The notes under the pieces: model-generated
Told to the model about the DNA's origin: nothing
Seen by the model: only the letters and a program-made list of their open reading frames with translations
Database searches by the model: none
Part shown: positions 1 through 9,527 of the stretch, piece after piece
How positions within the stretch are numbered: the stretch's first letter is position 1
How the letters are laid out: every line of letters starts with the position of its first letter
Translations under genes and position numbers: made by a program
Assembly: GCA_029210545.1 (NCBI GenBank)
Contig: JARGFV010000001.1
Span: 3,500 to 67,499, forward strand
Direction: 5' to 3'
Length of the DNA stretch: 64,000 bases
Source of the DNA: a bacterium
GTDB taxonomy: Bacteria > BMS3Abin14

Positions 1-1
1 A

Positions 2-298
2 GAGCGATACTGGGACCTGGTGGAAAAGGATCCGGCCCTTACCGTCGCCGGGACAGGAGAGCTCCTCCGCCAGATCAAGTCCATCGACCGGGAGATCGCC
101 CAGCTGGAAAACGAACTGACCCAGAAGGCTGAAAAAAGCGCGGCCAAAAAGGCAGCCTCCAAAAAAACAGCCGCCAAAAAACCGGCGCCCAAAAAGCCGT
201 CTGCCAAAAAGGCTCCGGCCAGGAAGCCCGCGGCCAGAAAAACCCCGGCGAAAAAATCCGCAGCCAAAACTGCTGGCGGCAAAGAAGTGGCGAAATAG
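2..298 (+). CDS. 5'-partial CDS with a histone H1-like Lys/Ala/Pro-rich C-terminal tail (KKAA/KKPA repeats)
   Basis: The open frame continues to the window edge with no upstream stop in frame. The C-terminus is AKKAASKKTAAKKPAPKKPSAKKAPARKPAARK, a low-complexity basic tail typical of HC1/AlgP/H1-like DNA-binding tails. Confidence 0.45.
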   Translation, partial: ERYWDLVEKDPALTVAGTGELLRQIKSIDREIAQLENELTQKAEKSAAKKAASKKTAAKKPAPKKPSAKKAPARKPAARKTPAKKSAAKTAGGKEVAK

Positions 299-367
299 GA
301 AGGTTCCTCAAGCCGGGGATGATCTGCTATCCCCGAAAATGGCCACTGACAGAGGCATGTTCGCAGG

Positions 368-396
368 TTGACACCGCAAGGCATCGGGAGTATAAA
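368..396 (+). promoter_or_regulatory. sigma70-type promoter for the tRNA-Ala gene
   Basis: TTGACA at 368-373, a 17-nt spacer, then TATAAA at 391-396. The mature tRNA 5' end follows about 20 nt downstream. Confidence 0.6.
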
Positions 397-415
397 AAAC
401 GTTCTCTAAAAATGT

Positions 416-491
416 GGGGCTGTAGCTCAGCTGGGAGAGCGCTTGACTGGCAGTCAAGAGGTCGTCGGTTCGATCCCGATCAGCTCCACCA
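416..491 (+). tRNA. tRNA-Ala (anticodon GGC)
   Basis: Cloverleaf read by eye. The 7-bp acceptor stem GGGGCTG/CAGCTCC has the G3:U70 alanine identity pair. The D arm is GCTC-AGCTGGGA-GAGC. The anticodon stem is CTTGA/TCAAG with loop CTGGCAG, giving anticodon GGC. The T arm contains GGTTCGATCC and the 3' CCA is encoded. Confidence 0.9.
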
Positions 492-501
492 CTTTAAAAT
501 G

Positions 502-528
502 AAAACGACGCCTCTGGGCGTCGTTTAT
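502..528 (+). terminator. Hairpin after the tRNA (aaaacgacgcc-tctg-ggcgtcgttt), rho-independent-like
   Basis: Perfect 10-bp stem followed by TTTAT, itself flanked by the inverted repeat ttttaaaatg/cattttaaa. Confidence 0.5.
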
Positions 529-777
529 CATTTTAAAGTGTCACGGCGAAGCTGGTCCGACAGGCGTTAGCGAAGACGGACGAAATCCATAAGTCTGGTC
601 TTTTTTATTTTTTGCCGCAGCGTAGTTACGCTCCAGGCGTTAATGAAGACGGGCACAATCTTCGGGTCCCGATTTCCTCTTTTCCCTCCCTCGCTTTCCC
701 GGCCGCACATGTAATATACTCACGCCCAGGCCGGTTACTCTGTATTTCAGGGAAAGGCACGATGAAGTCAGGAAAAA

Positions 778-2706
778 ATGACCCGTATCTCACACCCCCA
801 TATTGAAACTTTGATAAGCAGGCTGATCCCGCTCGTCATTTTCCTGGTGTGCGGAGGCCTCTATTTAAACACCCTTTATCCGGGTATCGGAGGCAGGATA
901 AATTTCGGCGATTCGGTCAAATTCCAGTTCCTCACTCTTGTGGACGGGCTGCCACATTCGCCGGGGTTTCCACTGTATCTCATGCTTTCAAGAGCGGCGG
1001 GAAATACCTTCACCTTTTCCCCGCATCCGGAAAGGGTCGCTCTCCTGTCCGTACTTTTCGGGCTTCTGACCATTCTCCTGGTCTACTGTATAATTCGGAA
1101 CCTCACATCCAGCATTGTCGCTTCCCTGACAGTACCCCTGATCCTGGCTTTTTCCTTCACCTTCTGGACCCAGGCTACCGAGGCGGAAATTTATACGCTC
1201 AACACCTTTTTTATTGCCGTCGTATGCTGGCTGTTCATCAGATATGAAAGAACCAGGCGGGCCTGTTACCTTTACGGTGGCTTGCTGTTGTACGCTGTCA
1301 GCTTTGGGAATCATCTTTCCATGATCGGTCTTCTCCCTGCCCTGCTGTATCTGATATGTTCAACCGATAAGCGCGTCTTTTTCAGTCGGAATTTTCTTTT
1401 TGTCGCCGTATTTTCCATTCTCCTGGGAATGTCCCAGTACCTGTACATCTGGAACATTGCCAACAGCCCCATGGCCTATTCCGAGTTCATAGGGCAAAAT
1501 CCCTCTTTCAGCCGGTTTCTTCTTTATATTTCGGGGGCGCAATTTTATCAAAAAACGCTACCTTACGTCGGAACAGCGCTGTTGCTAAAGGGGCCTGCCC
1601 GCTTCATTGTCCAGATATTTCTTGAATTTGGCTATTTGGTACTCCCAGGTATTTTTTCATTGGGCCTCAGCCTCCGGAGGCGTGCCGGTCATGAAAGGAA
1701 ACCGGTGGAACGTTTCCTTCTGTTGGCCTTCGCGGGGATGACTTTAGTTACGATCTTTTACGATATTTACGATTACCAGGTATACTTTTTGCCGTCCTTT
1801 CTCATATTTACTTTATTTTTGGGTAACCTCATTAACGATATCCCCAGCCGTAGTGTGAAAAATTTATACCTGTCATTTCTGGTGATACTTTCCACAACCC
1901 TGGCGGTCCATAACTATACTGATGTCAAGGTAAAGGATAATCCTCTTCAGGCAGAGCTCACCTGGATCTTTGATCATTTACCCGATCAGGCCCGTATCTT
2001 ACTGTCACAACGTGGCTCCTTCTTCTATCATGGTTATTTGGGCGCACAGTATTTCAAGTTCTCCAGATGGAGCAATGGAGAGGATTGCACGATCCTCAGG
2101 AATGTTAGCCGGCATGACAAGGAACCTTTCTATTCGACGGCCAGGGATCTGGACCTGTGGGCCGGTTTCCTGAAAAACGGCACCCACACAGGGTCACTGG
2201 TTAAAAACAGCTGGATATCACTGTCCGAACTTCTTCAAAGCCTTACTGACCGTCAGCTTGCCGTCATCACCTCTACGGAGTTTGCTGAGACGATCCCGAC
2301 TGAAAGTCAATCCCTCTTCAGGGGGTTGAATACCGGACTCCTTCAGGGGAAAGGGAGGTATCTGGGTCTATATGCTGACGGTTTGATGATCCTGGAGCGA
2401 AAGGATATCGAAACACCGTTCCAGATCCATTTCGCAAGTGGTTCGGAACTGGAGGGATTCCGGTTTAGCAGGGACTTTTCCGTTAACAGCTTCTCAACAA
2501 CCATCGGGGAAGGGATAACGGTCGAAATAGGGGGCAGAAAACTGGTGACTCAAAAGGGAGGTCTTAATGTGTTCCTTTTAGACGAAAAGATGGAAGTATT
2601 TAATACTTATCGATTAAGTCCATATCTTCCTGGTATGGGCTTTCCGCAGACCGAGCCACCAATATACAAGGTCGAAATTCTGCACTCGGTTGACAATGAA
2701 AACTGA
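778..2706 (+). CDS. Polytopic membrane protein, DUF2723/TMEM260-like GT-C fold glycosyltransferase (protein O-mannosyltransferase-like)
   Basis: About 10 N-terminal TM helices. Motifs NFGDSVKF and HSPGFPLYLML resemble the DSGE...HPPGYPLY signature of DUF2723. A large soluble C-terminal domain follows. Confidence 0.5.
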   Translation: MTRISHPHIETLISRLIPLVIFLVCGGLYLNTLYPGIGGRINFGDSVKFQFLTLVDGLPHSPGFPLYLMLSRAAGNTFTFSPHPERVALLSVLFGLLTILLVYCIIRNLTSSIVASLTVPLILAFSFTFWTQATEAEIYTLNTFFIAVVCWLFIRYERTRRACYLYGGLLLYAVSFGNHLSMIGLLPALLYLICSTDKRVFFSRNFLFVAVFSILLGMSQYLYIWNIANSPMAYSEFIGQNPSFSRFLLYISGAQFYQKTLPYVGTALLLKGPARFIVQIFLEFGYLVLPGIFSLGLSLRRRAGHERKPVERFLLLAFAGMTLVTIFYDIYDYQVYFLPSFLIFTLFLGNLINDIPSRSVKNLYLSFLVILSTTLAVHNYTDVKVKDNPLQAELTWIFDHLPDQARILLSQRGSFFYHGYLGAQYFKFSRWSNGEDCTILRNVSRHDKEPFYSTARDLDLWAGFLKNGTHTGSLVKNSWISLSELLQSLTDRQLAVITSTEFAETIPTESQSLFRGLNTGLLQGKGRYLGLYADGLMILERKDIETPFQIHFASGSELEGFRFSRDFSVNSFSTTIGEGITVEIGGRKLVTQKGGLNVFLLDEKMEVFNTYRLSPYLPGMGFPQTEPPIYKVEILHSVDNEN

Positions 2707-2832
2707 TAATCACCGGTTATCATTTTCGAAATAAGGACGGGATTCAACTTTTACCTTGGCGGCTGGCGAAAGATCTGTTAACCGCAAACCACCTGCCGCG
2801 GACCAGATCAAAAATGACATGGCCCTTTGGAA

Positions 2833-4440
2833 TCAGCCTGCCACCTTCCATGGCAGCGTAAAGGTTACCGAAGTCCCCTCTCCCGCGGTACTCTTGATCT
2901 CGACGGTTCCCTGGTGGCTGCGGACGATCCGGTTGACGGAAGCCAGGCCCACCCCGGTACCGGGGATATCTTCGACGGATGGGCCCCGCGTAAAGGGACG
3001 GAAGATATTGGGGAGGTAGTCGGATGGGATCCCCATTCCGTTGTCCGCCACGATAAACCGGTGAACCATCCGGCCGGAGCTTTCAGTAGGCTCGTAATCC
3101 ACGGTAACGCGGGGTTCGGCCTGGTTTCCCATGAACTTGAGGGCGTTGGAAAACAGGTTGGTAAAGATAAGCATAAGATGCCCGGGGTACCCGATGAAGT
3201 GGGGGACACCCTGGGGAAGGTCGACCCGGACCGGGGAGGTCCCCTCCACAAAGCCGGCCTCCACGAGAGCCTGCCCGATGACCTGTTCCGGGTTCACCTC
3301 GACGGCCTCATCCTTCTCCTGCCCGAGGGAGACCCTGAAAACGTCCAGCAGGTCGTCGAACCTCCGGGATGTCTCCTTCGTTTTCCGGAAAATAATCTCG
3401 GCGAAATTGATCTTCTCCTCGACACTCAGCTTCTCTGCCTTCTTCATGAGCAGTGACGCGTATCCGCCAATGGTGGCCAGAGGGCTGCGCAGGTCGTGGG
3501 AGATGACCGACAGGAGCTCCTCGAGGTCCTGGTTCTGCTGCTGGAGGCGGACGTTGCTGTCCCTGAGCGCTCCGATGAGCCTGGTGTTTTCAAGGGCTAT
3601 CCCCAGCTGGGATCCCAGGGTGACGAGGAACTCCATGTCCTCCTGGTTAAGAGAGTGAGGCGCTTGAGTGGTGACTGAAAGGACTCCGATAGCCCTGTCG
3701 CGGGACAGAAGGGGGATGAGCCCCAGGGACCTGGACCCGACCTCGTAATGGACGGCCTGTGGATCAGCGGATACGTCCTCGATGAGGATCGCCCCTTTCT
3801 CACGGACCACTCTCCCCTCCAGGCAATCTTCCCAGGACGTCTCAATGTGATAGCGGTCCATCTCCTGGTAGGGAATATTGTAGCCCTCGAGAAGGGCAAG
3901 CTGTCCGGTGACGGAGTCGAGGAGGATCAGAAAGGCGTTTTTTACGGGCAGGAGGTCGGCTACGGCCTGCATGGCTTCCCGGGCCAGCTGGCGCGTGTCC
4001 CCGTAAACGCTGATGCGGGCGGCGATGCTGGCAAGGGCTCCGAGCCGGTCGTTGCGGGAGCGCAGGGTGTCAAGGGCTGACTGGTAGGGGGACAGGTCGG
4101 CGATCGTCCCCAGGACGATATCTGAACCGCCTCCAGGGTCGTGGAAGGTGGTTGTGGTCACCTGGCCGAGGAGTTCCTCTCCTTTGCCGGATCGAACATG
4201 GACGGTTCCCTGCCAGCTGCCCGGGTCGATCGTGCCGATGCCGGGTGCCGCATCGGACCAGAGTGTGGACGCGGGCTGCCCCATGCACTCTTCCAGCGAA
4301 TATCCGATGAGGGATTCCATTGCCGGGTTAATGAAGGTGAGCTTTCCCTCCGTGTCGGCAAGATAGCATGGGACCGGGCTGCCTTTAAGCAGGGACAGGT
4401 TGATGTGGTAGCAGTATTCATCTGCTCTGTTCAATGTCAT
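2833..4440 (-). CDS. Sensor histidine kinase with PAS and GAF domains
   Basis: H-box HDLRSPLATIGGYASLL, and an N/G1/G2 HATPase region (NLFSNALKF, DNGMGIP, GTGVGLASV). A GAF-like region and an N-terminal PAS lie upstream. Confidence 0.85.
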   Translation of the reverse strand: MTLNRADEYCYHINLSLLKGSPVPCYLADTEGKLTFINPAMESLIGYSLEECMGQPASTLWSDAAPGIGTIDPGSWQGTVHVRSGKGEELLGQVTTTTFHDPGGGSDIVLGTIADLSPYQSALDTLRSRNDRLGALASIAARISVYGDTRQLAREAMQAVADLLPVKNAFLILLDSVTGQLALLEGYNIPYQEMDRYHIETSWEDCLEGRVVREKGAILIEDVSADPQAVHYEVGSRSLGLIPLLSRDRAIGVLSVTTQAPHSLNQEDMEFLVTLGSQLGIALENTRLIGALRDSNVRLQQQNQDLEELLSVISHDLRSPLATIGGYASLLMKKAEKLSVEEKINFAEIIFRKTKETSRRFDDLLDVFRVSLGQEKDEAVEVNPEQVIGQALVEAGFVEGTSPVRVDLPQGVPHFIGYPGHLMLIFTNLFSNALKFMGNQAEPRVTVDYEPTESSGRMVHRFIVADNGMGIPSDYLPNIFRPFTRGPSVEDIPGTGVGLASVNRIVRSHQGTVEIKSTAGEGTSVTFTLPWKVAG

Positions 4441-4803
4441 GACCTTACTCTGCGCCTTTCGGTTCGGAGGCCGGGTTCGGGTGCGACGGCCTTTAGCGAT
4501 TATCGTTCCCGGTTCCTTGTCTGTAAAGACCCAAACCCGGGAACCTGTCGGAGACTCCCTGAAAGGTTCCCGGGTGTCGTATGCCGGAAAGTAATGAAAA
4601 ATGGCCTATGGCCATCAACAATTCCGGTTTGCGGATCTGGAGTGGCAACAACCAGGTGCGCATTAACCGGAAGACCCACGAATACTTTCTCCCTCCTCCC
4701 TCCTCCCTTTTACCTGCTTTTTCACACCAGGGACACTGGACTTGTAAAGGGACCGATGGTACTTTTGTTAGACCGTATACCTTGCTGATTACCGGAGGGT
4801 CCC

Positions 4804-6057
4804 ATGTCATTTTCAACGTATTTCAGAATGCTTCCCCTTTTATCCATATCCCTGCTGCTGGCTGCCGGGTGCGCCACTCCCATTCCCCCGAGCTACAGCA
4901 TGTCCGGGCAGCAACCTGACCTTCCGGGTCCCATCGCCGCCCTCGCCGCCGGAGACGGCCAGGTGGCGGCCGCCAACCCCGACGGCGTCTTCCTCAAGGC
5001 GGAGGGCAAAGGGTGGGAGCGCCTGGAGATCCCCGGCCTGAAGGATCCAGGCAAGGTGACGTGTCTCGCTTTTCAGGAAAACAGTCTCTTCGTGGGGACC
5101 GACGGGGAGGGGCTGCACATCCTTTCAGACGGTCAGTGGGAGGTGGTCAGCCGCAAATACTCCGGACTCCCCGGTGACGGTGTGCTCTCCCTGGCCGTTG
5201 ACGGCAAGGACGACGACTTTCCCGGGACCTCCCTGTGGGTGGGCACCCGGGACGGGTTTGCGGTCCTGAGGGAGGGCACGTGGATCATGTACAGTCCGGA
5301 GGAAAAATGGCTGGATTCGCTGTCCGGGGAAAACATGGCAGAGGATGAGGCGGAGGTCTATCTGGGCCTGGGTTACGACCTTGTCCGTGGGTCCAGGATG
5401 GCGGACCTTTTCACCCCCCCCGTCACCGCTGTCGCCGTGGGGCCCGACCGGGTGGTCTTCGCCAACAACAAATCCCGCCTGGCCGTGGTGGGCGGCGGTT
5501 CGGTGGCTGTTGTGCACTTCTACGATGACCGGGCAGTCCGGTCCATCGTTGTCGACGAGAATGTTATCTGGGCCGGCACCGACAGAGGGCTGTTATGGGG
5601 AGGGGTCTCCGGGAAAGCCGCCGGCAGGCCCTGGCCCACCAACTATCCACAGGCCCAGTGGGGCGGGAGCCTTTCGGGGACAAGGGACACGCGGCCCTTC
5701 GAATACCGCTGGTTCCAGGTGGGGTACAGCACCGCAAACGTCAGCGACCTGGTCCGGGACGGAACTGCCCTTTGGGTGGCCCACACCGGCGGGAGCGGGC
5801 CTGGTCTTGACACCGTTCCGGCGGGCGGTACCAGGAGAGGGGCCGACCTCACCGATCCCATTATCGATCTGAGGCGCTACCTCAATATCGGGGAGTACAT
5901 CGTGCGCAGGGAAAAGCCTGTTTTCGAGAGTTACGGGATGGACGACGGACTTAAGGGAGACACTCTGGCCGTTGCGCCGGTCCCTGAAAGGCGGGAAGTC
6001 TGGGTGGGAACAGAGCGGGGCCTTTACCGTTTTCAACGCCCCGGTCAGCGGCCGTAA
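4804..6057 (+). CDS. Lipoprotein with two-component-regulator-propeller (Reg_prop-like) beta-propeller repeats
   Basis: Signal peptide with lipobox LLAAGC. Repeated motifs LFVGTDGEGLHIL, LWVGTRDGFAVL, IWAGTDRGLLWG and VWVGTERGLYRF. RBS GGAGGG upstream. Confidence 0.6.
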   Translation: MSFSTYFRMLPLLSISLLLAAGCATPIPPSYSMSGQQPDLPGPIAALAAGDGQVAAANPDGVFLKAEGKGWERLEIPGLKDPGKVTCLAFQENSLFVGTDGEGLHILSDGQWEVVSRKYSGLPGDGVLSLAVDGKDDDFPGTSLWVGTRDGFAVLREGTWIMYSPEEKWLDSLSGENMAEDEAEVYLGLGYDLVRGSRMADLFTPPVTAVAVGPDRVVFANNKSRLAVVGGGSVAVVHFYDDRAVRSIVVDENVIWAGTDRGLLWGGVSGKAAGRPWPTNYPQAQWGGSLSGTRDTRPFEYRWFQVGYSTANVSDLVRDGTALWVAHTGGSGPGLDTVPAGGTRRGADLTDPIIDLRRYLNIGEYIVRREKPVFESYGMDDGLKGDTLAVAPVPERREVWVGTERGLYRFQRPGQRP

Positions 6058-6167
6058 TAAACCGAATGCGGATTTCGGGCTGACCATCACCCTTGACGGG
6101 ATAACGCACTTGCTGGTTTAATACGAAATTGAACTGAATTGGAAAAACTCCTTCAAAGAAGGTATTT

Positions 6168-6764
6168 ATGAAAGGCCCGGAAGTGCTCGAAAAAGTTCTC
6201 GCGGGGAACCGGCGGTTCGTGACGGGGAAAAACAGAGCCCTGGGCGACCCGGTGAACCTCGGGGAAATGGTCCAGACTCAAAGCCCCATAGCGGCGGTCC
6301 TCAGCTGTTCGGATGCCCGTGTCCCCCCCCATCACGTGCTCGACAAGAAGATCGGAGAGATCTTCGTGGTGAGGGTTGCCGGCAAGGTGCCGGGTCCAAG
6401 CGTCATCGGCAGCCTTGAATATGCTGTTGCCCAGCTGAAGGTGCCTCTCCTTCTCGTGCTCGGGCACGAGGGGTGCGGTGCCGTCAAGGCGGCCATGGAG
6501 GGCGGCGCCGAGGGCGTCCTGGGCGAACTCGTAAAGGAGATCGAACTGGCGGTAAGGTCTGTCCTCGAGGAATCGGAAAATCACGAGGATGCCTTTTCCG
6601 AGGCAGTCAAGGCCAACACCCGGCAAACCATGAGAAAACTGATGGAACGGTCACCGGTTATCTCCGATGCGGTCCGCAACGGGGATCTCATCCTGGCGGG
6701 GGCGATCTATTCCCTCGAGACGGGGGAAGTCACTGTCCTGCCTGAGAAAGGTCGGGTGCTGTGA
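6168..6764 (+). CDS. Beta-class carbonic anhydrase
   Basis: Signature motifs CSDAR (Cys-x-Asp-x-Arg) and HEGCGAV (His-x-x-Cys-Gly) at canonical spacing. Confidence 0.85.
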   Translation: MKGPEVLEKVLAGNRRFVTGKNRALGDPVNLGEMVQTQSPIAAVLSCSDARVPPHHVLDKKIGEIFVVRVAGKVPGPSVIGSLEYAVAQLKVPLLLVLGHEGCGAVKAAMEGGAEGVLGELVKEIELAVRSVLEESENHEDAFSEAVKANTRQTMRKLMERSPVISDAVRNGDLILAGAIYSLETGEVTVLPEKGRVL

Positions 6765-6991
6765 GCCGTCTGAAGAGAGGGTCCCTGCAGTTCCTGCAGA
6801 ACCTTGCGGCGTCCGTCTTTATCGGTATCGCCGTATATGGTGCCATCATCTACTGGGGCGGGGAGACGAACCAGAAGGTGCCAATGTGGGAATCGCTCTC
6901 TTTAGGAGCGCTGGCCGTGATCTGCGTCTGGGTCCTCGTTTACATCGGCGGGGTTCAGGACCGGATGGCTGCCCGTAAAGACAAAGAGTAA
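6761..6991 (+). CDS. Small two-TM membrane protein
   Basis: ATGA overlap with the carbonic anhydrase stop. Two hydrophobic helices. Confidence 0.4.
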   Translation: MSRLKRGSLQFLQNLAASVFIGIAVYGAIIYWGGETNQKVPMWESLSLGALAVICVWVLVYIGGVQDRMAARKDKE

Positions 6992-7000
6992 AAGCGGATC

Positions 7001-7510
7001 GTGAGTGATCTGAAGAAGCTTTTTCGCAAGGAGCACCCCTTCATCACAGAACCGGGCAGCTGGATCCTGGCTGGCCACAGCATGTCGGGAGATCCGCTGG
7101 ATCGCGTGCCCGTACAGGGGCGTATCCAGATCACCCACGAGGAGGGGAAGATCGTCAATCTTGGCGAGATGGGTTTCGTGTCCCGGTCGAACCCCGTGAA
7201 GTTCCAGACGTCCTATGAGCTGACCCCTGCTGAGGACGAGCTGGCCCTGGATTTTTTCCAGGCCAACGACGCGGTCGGGGACCTGAAGGGCCGTTTGGTG
7301 GCATTCGACGACAGGCTTGTCAGCAGTTACACTTCCGGGGATGGAAGCCTGACCGGATTCGAGGTTTTTTTCAGGACCGGTGACAATCGGTACGCGGTCA
7401 CCGGGACCCTGTTGAGTGGAGGTAAGATCATCAGCCTGTGGAAACTGGACATGGTCCGGCCCGCGGCTGAGGAGGCTCGGAAGGATAGCGAGCAGACCGG
7501 CGGGGAATGA
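7001..7510 (+). CDS. Hypothetical protein (169 aa)
   Basis: Same strand as its neighbours in a co-directional run. Chosen over the overlapping 265-aa minus-strand ORF. Confidence 0.35.
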   Translation: MSDLKKLFRKEHPFITEPGSWILAGHSMSGDPLDRVPVQGRIQITHEEGKIVNLGEMGFVSRSNPVKFQTSYELTPAEDELALDFFQANDAVGDLKGRLVAFDDRLVSSYTSGDGSLTGFEVFFRTGDNRYAVTGTLLSGGKIISLWKLDMVRPAAEEARKDSEQTGGE

Positions 7511-7571
7511 GATGGAGGCCCTGGAGGTTCTCTCCCTGCCGGCGGGAAGAATAAACACGGAGGATCTGAGC

Positions 7572-8945
7572 ATGATCGGTAAACGGATAGCAGTCTGGGT
7601 GCTGGCAGGAGCGGTCCTGGTCACCCTGGGGATGCCGGGGATAGTCAAAGCCGACCCCGTGGCGGAGGCCCAGCAGCTCCAGGAGGGCGGCGATATCACC
7701 GGCGCCTACGAACTCCTCAAAAAGGCCAGCGCCGACCTGAGTGACCAACTTAAAAAGAACAAGGCTGAGTTGAAAACACAGGTTTCAGCCCTGTCGGGTG
7801 TCAAGAGCCAGGAAAAGATGGACGAGATCAGGAAAAAGAACGATGTTCTTCTGGCCGAGCGCAAAGAGCTCAAAGCTCAGCAGGACAAGGTGGACGGGGC
7901 CATGAGCCAGATGACCTCCATCCTCGATTACGCGCCCTACCGGGAAAAGGATACCGCGGAAGCTTACGCCCAGTTCATCGAGAAGTTTCCGGAGAGTCCC
8001 AACGTTGAAGAGGCTGCAACAAGGATGTATGAACTCCAGTTCACACCCTACGAGGAGGCAGCCACCACGGAAGGTTACGAGGAGTTCATCTCAAGGTATC
8101 CTGATAACCCCAACGTTCCCAAGGCCCAGGAGCTTCTGGGGGCGGCCGTCTTCAACCAGTTCAAGGACCAGGGTACGGCCGAGGCCATGCAGGCGTTCAT
8201 CAACGAATACCCCGGCAGTCCCCACGTGGCGGAGGCAGAGGTCCTGATGGTCCAGCTGCAGTATTCTCCCTACAAGGAGCTGGATACCGCTGAAGGGTAC
8301 GCCGAGTTCATTGCGGCCTATCCGGAAAACCCCAGCGTTGCCGAGGCTCAGGCGAGGATGGAGGAACTCCAGTTCCTTCCCTACAAGGAGCAGGACAGCA
8401 TCGACGGTTACACTGAATTCCTGGCTCTTTATCCGGACAACCCCGCCGCGGAGGAGGCTGCAACGAAGCTTGGCGACCTGCAGTACGCTCCCTACAAGGA
8501 GCAGAACACGGCTTCAGGTTACGCGGAATTCCTGGCCCGGTATCCGGAAAGCTCCTTTTCAGGGGAAGCGGCCGAGAGGATGAACTATCTCCAGTTCGTG
8601 GTCTACCAGGAGATGAACACTATCGACGGGTACGAAGAGTTCATCACCAGCTATCCTGAGAACAGCCACGTCGAGGAAGCCAGTTACCTTATCGAGGATC
8701 TCGAGTACGCTCCCTACCAGGAGGCCGGCACCATCGAGTCTCTCGAGGAGTTCATCGAGATGTTCCCCACGAACCGCCACGTCCAGGATGCCCGGACCGC
8801 CATAGAAGAAAAAGAAGCAGCCTCCCTTTCAGCTGAAGGTGCGGAGGACCAGCCCGCCGGGGAAGGTGAAGGGTCAGCTCCCGCCCAAGAGGCTCCGGCC
8901 GGGGGGGGAGAACCCCCGGCTGAAGAGGCGCCACCTGAAAGTTGA
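7572..8945 (+). CDS. Secreted protein with an N-terminal coiled coil, about nine tandem ~38-aa repeats (Y-x-E-x-x-T-x-x-G-Y-x-E-F-I-x-x-Y-P-x-x-P-x-V-x-E-A...LQ[FY]xP), and an acidic Pro/Ala/Glu tail
   Basis: ATG at 7572 preceded by GGAGGA. Signal peptide MIGKRIAVWVLAGAVLVTLGMPGIVKA. Repeat units read directly in the translation. Confidence 0.6.
   Translation: MIGKRIAVWVLAGAVLVTLGMPGIVKADPVAEAQQLQEGGDITGAYELLKKASADLSDQLKKNKAELKTQVSALSGVKSQEKMDEIRKKNDVLLAERKELKAQQDKVDGAMSQMTSILDYAPYREKDTAEAYAQFIEKFPESPNVEEAATRMYELQFTPYEEAATTEGYEEFISRYPDNPNVPKAQELLGAAVFNQFKDQGTAEAMQAFINEYPGSPHVAEAEVLMVQLQYSPYKELDTAEGYAEFIAAYPENPSVAEAQARMEELQFLPYKEQDSIDGYTEFLALYPDNPAAEEAATKLGDLQYAPYKEQNTASGYAEFLARYPESSFSGEAAERMNYLQFVVYQEMNTIDGYEEFITSYPENSHVEEASYLIEDLEYAPYQEAGTIESLEEFIEMFPTNRHVQDARTAIEEKEAASLSAEGAEDQPAGEGEGSAPAQEAPAGGGEPPAEEAPPES
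7928..8810 (+). repeat. Intragenic tandem repeat (~114-120 bp units) encoding the ~38-aa protein repeats
   Basis: Recurrent YxPYxExxT..GYxEF..YP..P.V.EA...LQ motif through the ORF. Confidence 0.6.
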
Positions 8946-8963
8946 TGACTTTTCGCGAGGTCA

Positions 8964-9527
8964 TCAATCTTGAATTGCCGAGTTGAGTCTTTCCAGGAAC
9001 TCGGCGATTATCCTCGCTGTCAAACCCCAGACCGGTTGATCATCCACCGGGTAGACAGGCGGAGGCAGGTTGAAGGGGTTGTGTCCGGGCATGACCTCCC
9101 TCTGCAGGTGGCCGATCGTCGTGATGTGGGTTCCCTGGACCTCCTTTGGGTCGGGAACAAGGGTGCAGGGCCAGGGAATGATCCCGACATAGGGTTTGAC
9201 CACAAGCCCCGAAACGACGGTGGGCCTCAGGCTCAGTTCACCGATGATCCTGACCTCTCCGGGATCGAAGCCAAGTTCCTCCTCACTCTCCCGGAGTGCT
9301 GTCCGAAGCAGGTCCCCCCCATCTCCCGGGTTTGTCATTCCTCCCGGAAAACCCATCTGCCCGCTGTGCGGACCCCCGTCGCTTGATCTGTGGATCAGCA
9401 GCACTCCCGTGTCGCCGCGTCTTTCGAAAAGGGGAACCAGCACCGCTGAATTGGCCGCCAGACCGATGGGAAGGGGCTTGTCGAGGAAAGGGTCCGTACG
9501 GAGGGCCTTTTTGATAGCGTCAAGCAT
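8964..9527 (-). CDS. NUDIX hydrolase, CoA pyrophosphatase-like (NudL/Nudt7 family)
   Basis: Nudix box GGMTNPGDGGDLLRTALRESEEELG, with a NudL-like N-terminal region upstream. Confidence 0.75.
   Translation of the reverse strand: MLDAIKKALRTDPFLDKPLPIGLAANSAVLVPLFERRGDTGVLLIHRSSDGGPHSGQMGFPGGMTNPGDGGDLLRTALRESEEELGFDPGEVRIIGELSLRPTVVSGLVVKPYVGIIPWPCTLVPDPKEVQGTHITTIGHLQREVMPGHNPFNLPPPVYPVDDQPVWGLTARIIAEFLERLNSAIQD

Noticed and set aside
2827-3456. Plus-strand ORFs (209 aa, 175 aa) inside the histidine kinase locus
   Set aside because: They are fully antisense to a kinase gene with clear H-box and HATPase motifs, so they are spurious open frames in GC-rich DNA. The same reasoning applies to the many 60-250 aa antisense ORFs within serA, mrdA, mreB, the sigma54 activator and the surface-protein genes.
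6902-7699. 265-aa minus-strand ORF overlapping the 169-aa plus-strand ORF and the start of the repeat protein
   Set aside because: It lies antisense to a co-directional run of four plus-strand genes. It has no motifs, and the high-GC antisense frame is expected to stay open by chance. The plus-strand call has a proper RBS for the downstream gene.
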